Shown piece after piece: positions 56,925-64,000 of a stretch of DNA of 64,000 nucleotides. A program made the position numbers and the translations under genes. Below the pieces are notes generated by a model. It was not told the DNA's origin. It did no database searches and saw only the letters and a program-made list of their open reading frames with translations. Within the stretch, counting starts at the first letter, position 1. Each line of letters opens with the position of its first letter. Source of the stretch: an uncultured Chloroflexia bacterium (GTDB lineage Bacteria; Chloroflexota; Limnocylindria; Limnocylindrales; CSP1-4); the NCBI GenBank assembly GCA_963713975.1, contig OY970218.1, forward strand, positions 576,001 through 640,000, read 5' to 3'.

Positions 56925-58526
56925 ATGCCCGAATTGCCCCCCGAACCACGATCCGGCGCGCCCCGGTACCTCCTCCTCAACGCCATCTTCCCGGGCCTCG
57001 GGCACCTGGTCGCCGGGCGCCGCGCGTGGGCCCTGGCCCTCGCCCTGCCCTTCCTCGTGCTGCTGGCGGTCGGCCTGATCGCCGTGGCCACGGGCGGCGT
57101 CACGTCGCTTGCCGCCCGGACGTTCGATCCCATCGTCCTTGGTGGCGTGCTGGCACTGGAGGCGTTCCTCCTGCTGTGGCGGCTGGCCGCGCTCGGAGCG
57201 GTTCGCGTGATCACGCCGATCCTGCCCACGGCCACGACCTTCGCCGCGGGGATCATCGCCATCGCGATCATCATCGGTCCGCAGCTCTACGTGGCCGGGA
57301 TCACGCTCGACGCGCGTGATGCGGCGGTGGAGGTGTTCCAGCCCGTGGCCGACGGCGGCGCCTGGGTCCCCGACGCGAGCGCGCCGCCGGTGACAGCCAA
57401 CGATCCTGACTTCGCCGTGGACCCCGGCCCCGGTGAGTCCACGGATCCGTCGGCGGGAGCGTCCGCCTCGCCGTCGGTCTCGCCTACGCCGGGGGTGCCG
57501 CGTGTCAACGTCCTGCTGATCGGGGTGGACTCCGGCGTCGGCCGCAACACCGCCCTCACGGACACGATGATCGTGGCCTCCCTGGATCCGGTCGGCGAGA
57601 CCGTCTCGATGGTGTCGATCCCGCGCGACATGGTGGACGTCCCGCTCCCGGACGGGCGCAAGTACCGGGGCAAGATCAACGGCCTGGTCTCGTACGCCCG
57701 GTGGCACCCGGGCAAGTTCCCCGGCGCGAAGGACGGCCAGTCCGTGCTCACCGCGGCGCTGGGCGAGCTGCTCCAGATCAAGATCGACTACTGGGCGCAG
57801 GTGAACCTGGGCGGGTTCGTGTACCTCGTGGATTCCGTCGGCGGCGTGAACGTCAACGTCACTGACGGCTTCTGCGACTACCGGTACAAGGAGTACGGCA
57901 TCAAGGGCTTCAACATCACGCCCGGCCGGTACCACTTCGATGGCGAGCACGCCCTCGCCTATGCCCGGGTGCGCAAGGCTGCGGGCGAGAGCGACTTCAC
58001 GCGGGCGGGCCGCCAGCAGGAGGTCATCGCGGCGCTGCGCGACCGGATCGTGAAGGGCGGCCTGCTGGAGAACCCCGGCAAGTTCCTCAAGGGCATCGGC
58101 CAGACGATCCAGACCAACGTCAAGCCGGGTGTGATCGCGGACTACATCGACGTCGCGAGCAAGGTCGGCCGGAAGGACACGTTCCGGGTCGTCATCAACC
58201 ATCCGCTCGTGCGCAGCGGCTACGACGAACGCGGCTCCATCCAGCTCCCCAACCTCAAGCGGATCCGGGCGCTGGCCGCCGGTCTGTTCACGGAGCCGGG
58301 TGTGCGGCCCGTGGGCTACCCGACGATGCCGGCCGCGGGGTCGGGGCCCACGAGGTCGGCCTCGAGCTCCAGCACCTGCGGCATCAAGCCCACGCCGAAG
58401 CCGACGCCCAAGCCGACCGCGAAGCCCAAGCCCCCCAAGGCGACGCCCAAGCCCACGATGACGCCGGCGACACCAACGCCGACGCCGACGCCCGAGCAAA
58501 CGCCGGAGCCCACAGCTACGCCGTGA
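56925..58526 (+). CDS. LCP (LytR-CpsA-Psr) family cell-wall glycopolymer transferase with a P/T/K-rich tail
   Basis: NVLLIGVD, TDTMIV, SIPRD, KIN, LVD.VGGV, AL.YAR.R...SDF.R..RQQ.V. N-terminal TM helices. Confidence 0.93.
   Translation: MPELPPEPRSGAPRYLLLNAIFPGLGHLVAGRRAWALALALPFLVLLAVGLIAVATGGVTSLAARTFDPIVLGGVLALEAFLLLWRLAALGAVRVITPILPTATTFAAGIIAIAIIIGPQLYVAGITLDARDAAVEVFQPVADGGAWVPDASAPPVTANDPDFAVDPGPGESTDPSAGASASPSVSPTPGVPRVNVLLIGVDSGVGRNTALTDTMIVASLDPVGETVSMVSIPRDMVDVPLPDGRKYRGKINGLVSYARWHPGKFPGAKDGQSVLTAALGELLQIKIDYWAQVNLGGFVYLVDSVGGVNVNVTDGFCDYRYKEYGIKGFNITPGRYHFDGEHALAYARVRKAAGESDFTRAGRQQEVIAALRDRIVKGGLLENPGKFLKGIGQTIQTNVKPGVIADYIDVASKVGRKDTFRVVINHPLVRSGYDERGSIQLPNLKRIRALAAGLFTEPGVRPVGYPTMPAAGSGPTRSASSSSTCGIKPTPKPTPKPTAKPKPPKATPKPTMTPATPTPTPTPEQTPEPTATP
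58386..58523 (+). repeat. Low-complexity KPTP/PT coding repeat
   Basis: KPTPKPTPKPTAKPKPPKATPKPT...TPTPTPTP at the LCP C-terminus. Confidence 0.85.
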
Positions 58527-58566
58527 CCGCGGCCACCGGCCTGCCGACCGGGATTGGCGCCCTGTC

Positions 58567-59976
58567 TCAAGGATCCGGCGCAGCCTCTCTCGTCGCCCGG
58601 TAGGCCGCCAGCGCACGCGCCCGTGCCTCGGGATGGTCCACGATCGGCGCCGGATAGTCCGTCCCGATCCGGACTCCGGCAGCCGCCATCGCCTCCGTGC
58701 CGAGCATCCAGGGCTCGTGCACCGCGCCACCCGCGATGCCGCGCAGCTCGGGCACCCAGCGGCGGACGTAGTCGCCGTCCGGATCAAACCGGCGGGCCTG
58801 CAGCGTCGGGTTGAAGACGCGGAACCAGGGCTGCGGATCCGTGCCGGTGCCCGCGGTCCACTGCCAGCCACCGTTGTTGGACGCGAGGTCGCCATCCGTC
58901 AGGTGGCGCATGAACTCGGCCTCACCGAGCCGGTAGTCCAGGAGCAGGTGCTTGGTGAGGAACGAGGCCGCGATCATCCGGGCGCGATTGTGGACGAAGC
59001 CCGTGGCGCGCAGCTGGCGCATCGCCGCGTCCACCACCGGGTAGCCGGTCCGGCCGTCGCCCCATGCCTCGAAGGCCACGGGGTCGTCACCCCACGGGAT
59101 GGCGGCGAGCGCCGCCCGGAAGGGTCCCGTCGCGACCTGCGGGTGGTGCCACAGGACGTGGGCGTAGAACTCGCGCCACACGATCTCGGACACGAACACC
59201 CGGCGGCCGTCGCCCGACCCCTCGGCACGGTCCACGATCTCCACGGGCGACAGGAGGCCCCACCGCAGGTCCTGGCTCAGCCGGGAGGTGCCCTCGACGT
59301 CCATACGATTGCGGTGCGCGGCGTACTCCCCCACCCCGGCGTCCAGCCACGCCGCCAGCCGGGCGCGAGCGGCCCGCTCGCCGGGCTCCGGGATCAGCTC
59401 CGGGTCCGCCGTCGGCCGGCCGAGGTCCGGGATCGGGTCGGGGCTGGCGCCGGGCGGTCCGGGCACACGATCCGGCGCGGGCAGGATCGGTCGCCGGGCT
59501 CGTGCCTCCCACGCACGGCGGAATGGGCCGTAGACGACGTAGGGTCGCCCGTCCCTCGTGAGCACCTCGTCCGGCTCGTGCAGGTACAGGCCGGTACATG
59601 CATGCACCTCGACACCGGCGTCCGCAAGCCTGGCGGCGACCTCACGATCCCGGCGCCGGCCATAGGGTGTGGCGTCGCGGGTCAGGTACACGTCGCCCGC
59701 CCCGGTCTCCCGGGCGAGCGCCGGAAGGACGTCGGCGGGGCGGCCCCGCAGCACCTTCAGCGCGGCGCCTCGCGTGTCGAGCTCCCGAGACAGCGCCGCG
59801 ACGCTCTGGCGCATGAACCACAGGCGGTTCGGCGCCGGCCATCGACCGCCCAGCAGGGCATCGTCGAGGACGAACACCGGGATGACGCGGTCCGCCGCCG
59901 CGACGGCGGCTGCGAGAGCCGGGTGATCGTGGACGCGCAGGTCGCGTCGGAACCAGACGATGGCAGTGGTCGACAT
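58567..59976 (-). CDS. phr: Deoxyribodipyrimidine photolyase (class I CPD)
   Basis: IVWFRRDLR..DHPAL, TSRLS..L.WG.LSP, WREFY, G.TGYPVVDAAMRQL..TG..HNR.RM, D.DLASNNGGWQW, R.FNP..Q..RFDP. Confidence 0.95.
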   Translation of the reverse strand: MSTTAIVWFRRDLRVHDHPALAAAVAAADRVIPVFVLDDALLGGRWPAPNRLWFMRQSVAALSRELDTRGAALKVLRGRPADVLPALARETGAGDVYLTRDATPYGRRRDREVAARLADAGVEVHACTGLYLHEPDEVLTRDGRPYVVYGPFRRAWEARARRPILPAPDRVPGPPGASPDPIPDLGRPTADPELIPEPGERAARARLAAWLDAGVGEYAAHRNRMDVEGTSRLSQDLRWGLLSPVEIVDRAEGSGDGRRVFVSEIVWREFYAHVLWHHPQVATGPFRAALAAIPWGDDPVAFEAWGDGRTGYPVVDAAMRQLRATGFVHNRARMIAASFLTKHLLLDYRLGEAEFMRHLTDGDLASNNGGWQWTAGTGTDPQPWFRVFNPTLQARRFDPDGDYVRRWVPELRGIAGGAVHEPWMLGTEAMAAAGVRIGTDYPAPIVDHPEARARALAAYRATREAAPDP

Positions 59977-60045
59977 GCCCCTTCTTCGTGCGACGCGCGG
60001 TTTCGGACGCCCGCAGGCCATGACGCCGAGGGCATGATGCGCGGG

Positions 60046-60585
60046 ATGAGAGCGCCGCTCGAGATCGCCGTCCGTGATCCCTGCCTCGTCGTGCTGGTTG
60101 GCGCAGCCGGCGCGGGCAAGTCGACGTTCGCCGGCCGCCACTTCGCACCGGACGAGGTGCTCTCGTCAGATGCGTTCCGAGAGCTCGTGTCAGGCGATCC
60201 CGCCGACCAGCGGGCAACCCGACCCGCGTTCGCCGCTCTCCACCGGGCCCTGGCAATCCGGTTGGACGGAGGCAGGTTGACCGTGGTGGATGCCACCAAC
60301 GTCACGCCGGCCGCCCGGGCGGCCCTGTTGCGCGTTGCGGCGACGGCGGGCGTGCCGGCGATGGCCATCGTGCTGGACCCGCCGTCGGACCTGGTGCTCA
60401 CCCGTAACGCCGGACGACCAGACCGGGTCGTGCCGGCCGATACCGTCGAGCATCACCTGCGGCAGCTGGCGGTCGCAGCGGCGGGCGGCCGGCTCGAGCG
60501 CGAGGGGTTCGACCCCGTGGTCAGGCTGACCGAGCCCGCGTCTGTGGATGCGGTCCGGATCGTCCGGGTACACGGTGGGCGCTGA
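60046..60585 (+). CDS. AAA_33 / polynucleotide-kinase-like P-loop kinase (stand-alone PNKP kinase domain)
   Basis: LVVLVG..GAGKSTFA..HF...EVLSSD.FR..V..D..DQ.AT..AF, G.LTVVDATN, RN..R. Confidence 0.88.
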   Translation: MRAPLEIAVRDPCLVVLVGAAGAGKSTFAGRHFAPDEVLSSDAFRELVSGDPADQRATRPAFAALHRALAIRLDGGRLTVVDATNVTPAARAALLRVAATAGVPAMAIVLDPPSDLVLTRNAGRPDRVVPADTVEHHLRQLAVAAAGGRLEREGFDPVVRLTEPASVDAVRIVRVHGGR

Positions 60586-60629
60586 GCGCGGTCGCTGATC
60601 CCAGCCCGACTGCGGGGCCTCGGGCCGCC

Positions 60630-60947
60630 CTACCCGGCGGCGTCCAGCGAGACGCGAACGAAGGGCTTCGCCCGCAGCTCCACCCACACGCCCTGCTGCA
60701 TGTAGATGTCCTGACGGGCGATCTCGATGGCAGCCGTCTCGTCCTCGGCGCGGACCATCAGCAGGGAGCCGGCCATGTCGATCCAGGCGCCGGCCTCGAT
60801 CACGATCCCGGCCGACTTGAGCCCCGCCAGTCGGGCCAGATGGGCGGCGCGGAACGGGGCACGTGTCTCCGCGGCATCCGGGGCGTAGGTGGCCTGGATC
60901 AGCCAGACGGTCTCCAGGGAGGCGGCCGGCGCGGCGGTATCGGTCAC
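60630..60947 (-). CDS. YciI-family protein
   Basis: R..FR..HL, AG......GSL, D.Y...GVW YciI pattern. Confidence 0.85.
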   Translation of the reverse strand: MTDTAAPAASLETVWLIQATYAPDAAETRAPFRAAHLARLAGLKSAGIVIEAGAWIDMAGSLLMVRAEDETAAIEIARQDIYMQQGVWVELRAKPFVRVSLDAAG

Positions 60948-60989
60948 GGGATCTCCAAGTACGGAACCGGACGGTCGTAGCTGCTGGAC

Positions 60990-61350
60990 AGGTTACCGGG
61001 CTGCGGACACAAGGCAACGAGACGACCGACACCTGGTGGTCGCGCCCACGGTGACGCGCAGGGTTACGGGAGTCGCCATCGAACGTCACGATCGAGGTCA
61101 CGACGCCGACGTCGCCGAGGCCCTCGACGACGCGACTCTTGATGTCGGGTCGCTACCCTCGGCCCGGATCATCGTTGCGATGACGTCGGCGGCGGTACGA
61201 GGGGATCGGCGCCGCGTCGTCGGCCGAGGCAATCGCGGTCGCGTCGGGCACGAGCGGCGCGATCTCGTCCGCCGTGAGGAGGGCTCAGGCGACGACTGGC
61301 CCGGCAGCGTCAGGTGGGGCTGTTGGCGCGGCGGTCCCCCCCCCGCGGCG
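60990..61350 (-). pseudogene. Probable decayed secreted/lipoprotein gene (DUF3558-like fragments)
   Basis: Coding-like fragments in shifting frames: TAAPTAPPDAAGPVVA*ALLTADEIAPLVPD, TAADVIATMIRAEG, PDIKSRVVEGLGDVGVVTS. In-frame TGA at 61285-61287 and a C9 run at 61336-61344. Confidence 0.4.
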
Positions 61351-61465
61351 GCGGTCCGGGGGTGGAGCAGGGACCGCTGAGAATCCCCCTTGCGCTTCCC
61401 GTCCGCCGTGCTATTCTCACTTTGTTGGTCGATATACGGCGGAAAGTCGAGAAGGCGGAGGGCAC

Positions 61466-62560
61466 ATGATCCGACACCCGAACCGTGGGGTGCTCGTGTT
61501 GGTCGCGGCGCTCCTGGTCGCGGCCTGCGGCGGCAGCACCACCGCGGCCGATGGGCAGTCGGCCCCCTCGTCCACGGAGGCTGTCGGCGGCGTCCCCGGC
61601 GTGCTCGACGACCCCGTCACCGTCCGTTTCGGTGTCTTCCCCAACATCACGCATGCGCCGGGTCTCGTCGAGCTCGCTGACGGGGGCCAGCTGGTCAGGC
61701 TCCTCCCAAAGGCGAACATCGAGGTCACGCCGTTCAGCACGGGCACCAAGGCCGTCGAGGCCATGTTCGCCGACGCCATCGACATCACCTTCATCGGTCC
61801 CAACCCGGCCATCAACGCGTACTCGCAGTCAAAGGGCGAGGCCGTCCGGGTGATCTCCGGCTCGACGTCGGGCGGGGCCTTCCTCGTCGTCCGGCCCGAC
61901 ATCAGGTCCGCCGCAGATCTCAAGGGAACGACGATCGCCAGCCCGTCGCTCGGCAACACGCAGGATGTCGCCCTTCGGGCATGGCTCAAGGACCAGGGCC
62001 TGGCGACGGACACCGCAGGCGGCGGCGACGTCGCGATCGTGCCCCAGGAGAACGCCCAGACGCTGGAGACCTTCATCGCGGGCACGATCGACGGTGCCTG
62101 GGTCCCCGAGCCCTGGGCGACGCGCCTTGTCCAGGAGGCGGGCGCGACCATCCTGGTGGATGAGCGCGACCTGTGGCCCGATGGCAGGTACGTGACGACC
62201 CACCTGATGGTCGCCGCGAAGTTCCTGGACGAGCACCCGGACGTCGTCCGGCGCATCCTGCTGGCCACGATCCAGGCCGTTGACTTCGTCAACGAGAACC
62301 CGGACCAGGCGCAGACCATCGTCAATGCGGAGATCGAGAAGTTCTCCACGAAGAAGCTGGGCGAGGACCTGCTCAAGGCCGCGTGGGGCAACCTCACGTT
62401 CACGGTCGATCCCGTGGCCTCATCGCTCCAGGCGTCCGCCGATGACGCCCAGTCCCTCGGGCTGCTGAAGGGTCCGGGCGACCTTGCCGGCCTCTACGAC
62501 CTTGCGCCGCTCAACGAGATCCTCAAGGCGCTGGACAAGCCGGAGGTGGCGGGGCTGTGA
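61466..62560 (+). CDS. Sulfonate/nitrate-type ABC substrate-binding lipoprotein (SsuA-like)
   Basis: Lipobox VAAC, G.FPNITHA, IGPNPAIN, P.LGNTQDVALR, AWVPEPW. GGAGG Shine-Dalgarno. Confidence 0.92.
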   Translation: MIRHPNRGVLVLVAALLVAACGGSTTAADGQSAPSSTEAVGGVPGVLDDPVTVRFGVFPNITHAPGLVELADGGQLVRLLPKANIEVTPFSTGTKAVEAMFADAIDITFIGPNPAINAYSQSKGEAVRVISGSTSGGAFLVVRPDIRSAADLKGTTIASPSLGNTQDVALRAWLKDQGLATDTAGGGDVAIVPQENAQTLETFIAGTIDGAWVPEPWATRLVQEAGATILVDERDLWPDGRYVTTHLMVAAKFLDEHPDVVRRILLATIQAVDFVNENPDQAQTIVNAEIEKFSTKKLGEDLLKAAWGNLTFTVDPVASSLQASADDAQSLGLLKGPGDLAGLYDLAPLNEILKALDKPEVAGL

Positions 62561-63384
62561 GCGTCCTGACCGCTCTGCGACGCGAGGCGCCCGCGGACAT
62601 CCATGTCGTCCCCGGTGGTGTCGGCCATGAGGCCGCCGGCGATCGGGTCACGGTCCTCATCGACGGCGTCAGCAAGGTCTTCCCGGCGGGTGCCGGGAGC
62701 GTCATCGCCCTGGAGGACATCTCGCTCACCGTGCACGAGGGCGAGTTCGTGTCGATCCTCGGCGCCTCGGGGTGCGGCAAGTCCACGCTGCTCAACCTGG
62801 TCGCCGGGCTGGACAGGCCGACGAGCGGGTCCGTGCACCGGGCCGGCGAGCCATCGTTCATGTTCCAGGAAGCGGCCCTCTTCCCGTGGCTCAGCGTGGA
62901 ACGCAACGTGGAGCTGCCGCTCAAGCTCCGCAAGCTCCCCAAGGGCGAGCGCCACGACCGGGTCGCCGAGCTGCTGGAGCTCGTCCAGCTCACGGCCTTC
63001 GCGGGGCGCCAGCCGCACGAGCTCTCCGGCGGCATGCGCCAGCGGGCCGCCCTCGCCCGGGCGCTGGCCCGGGATGCCGAGGTCCTCCTGATGGACGAGC
63101 CGTTCGGTGCGCTCGACGCCATGACCCGCGACATCCTGCACGACGAGCTGGAGCGGATCTGGCAGGCGACCGGCAGCACGATCCTGTTCGTCACCCACAA
63201 CGTTCGCGAGGCGGCCCGGCTGGGCGACCGGATCGTCCTGCTCACGAGCCGCCCCGGCCGGGTCGCCGAGGAGTTCCGCGTGGACATCCCTCGTCCGCGA
63301 CGGATCGAGGACCCGGATGTCGCAGCCCTCGCGGCGGTCGTGACCGCCCGGCTGCGCGAGGAGGTCGCCCGCCATGGCCGCTGA
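62557..63384 (+). CDS. Sulfonate/nitrate-type ABC ATP-binding protein (SsuB-like)
   Basis: GASGCGKSTLL, FQE.AL.PW, LSGGM.QR, MDEPFGALDA.TR, VTHN..EA. Confidence 0.95.
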   Translation: MSVLTALRREAPADIHVVPGGVGHEAAGDRVTVLIDGVSKVFPAGAGSVIALEDISLTVHEGEFVSILGASGCGKSTLLNLVAGLDRPTSGSVHRAGEPSFMFQEAALFPWLSVERNVELPLKLRKLPKGERHDRVAELLELVQLTAFAGRQPHELSGGMRQRAALARALARDAEVLLMDEPFGALDAMTRDILHDELERIWQATGSTILFVTHNVREAARLGDRIVLLTSRPGRVAEEFRVDIPRPRRIEDPDVAALAAVVTARLREEVARHGR

Positions 63385-64000
63385 CGTCCGACGCCTCGTC
63401 CGGCGTGACACCTTCGCGAGCCGCTCGCGCGCCGAGGTCGCCGGCCTCGACGCCCTGGAGGCGCCGCTGGTCCGCCGTGAGTCACGGGTCCGAAGGGTCT
63501 GGGCCGGCACGTGGCCGAAGCTGCTCGCGGTCGCGATGGTCCTGCTCGCGTGGCAGGCGGTGGTCTGGTCCGGCTGGCGGCCCGAGTACGTCCTGCCCGG
63601 TCCCGGCGAGGTGCTGGGCCGCCTGTGGGACGAGGTCCGCACGGTCGAGCTGTGGCAGGCGGTGGTCGTCACCATGCGCCGCGGCATCTGGGGGTTCGGC
63701 CTCGCGATCGTGATCGGCGTCGCCGTCGGGGCGCTCGTGTCGCGGTTCAAGGTCATGCGCGCCGCGATCGGATCGCTGATCACCGGGCTCCAGACCATGC
63801 CCTCGATCGCCTGGTTCCCGCTCGCGATCCTGCTGTTCCGGCTGAGCGAGGAGGCCATCACGTTCGTGGTGATCCTGGGCGCCGCGCCGTCCATCGCCAA
63901 CGGCCTCATCCACGGCATCGACCACATCCCGCCCGTCCTCACCCGGGCCGGCCGCGTGCTGGGCGCCACGGGCTTCGCCGCGTACCGGCACGTGATCCTG
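63374..64000 (+). CDS. Sulfonate/nitrate-type ABC permease (SsuC-like), 3' end truncated by window
   Basis: Open frame from ATG 63374 to the window end: YVLPGP, GLQTMPSIAWFPLAILLF, AGRVLGA. Confidence 0.92.
   Translation, partial: MAADVRRLVRRDTFASRSRAEVAGLDALEAPLVRRESRVRRVWAGTWPKLLAVAMVLLAWQAVVWSGWRPEYVLPGPGEVLGRLWDEVRTVELWQAVVVTMRRGIWGFGLAIVIGVAVGALVSRFKVMRAAIGSLITGLQTMPSIAWFPLAILLFRLSEEAITFVVILGAAPSIANGLIHGIDHIPPVLTRAGRVLGATGFAAYRHVIL

Noticed and set aside
61285-61287. Selenocysteine recoding
   Set aside because: The surrounding frame has further frameshifts and no clear start, so a nonsense mutation is the simpler explanation.

Overview
This is a very GC-rich bacterial chromosome segment. 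The gene content (short-type Rho, OpcA, PsuG, LCP, LysM-M23, many leaderless genes) suggests Chloroflexota or Actinomycetota, but that placement is inference. The backbone is housekeeping: comEC-HD-holA, obgE-nadD-rsfS, LysM/M23, rho, pyrG, an ABC-2 exporter, psuG, a pentose-phosphate operon (tkt-rpiB...gnd-zwf-opcA-pgl), a MacAB-like exporter with a two-component system, citrate synthase, corA, LCP, photolyase and a sulfonate-type ABC importer. The most interesting part is an ~18 kb, 17-gene catabolic block between pyrG and rho (9700-27461). Three related TGTCCGA/GGACAATC operator sites tie it together. Its enzymes are a RifK/DegT aminotransferase, a WlbA-like Gfo/Idh/MocA dehydrogenase, two amidohydrolases, a NagB with a non-canonical phosphate loop, a UxuB-like reductase, a LarA-family epimerase, KdgK, a sugar ABC importer and a LamG/beta-propeller hybrid. 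They can be arranged into a hypothetical kinase-free pathway degrading N-acylated amino or 2,3-diamino hexuronic acids. Other signals are a structured leader upstream of the LysM-M23 gene, a GTTC-N9-GAAC palindrome cluster and an A-to-C5 start region upstream of pyrG, an AlkD-like gene coupled inside the PPP operon, and a decayed lipoprotein pseudogene. I found no tRNA, rRNA, CRISPR array, integrase or transposase. Family calls come from motif recognition by eye, not database searches.
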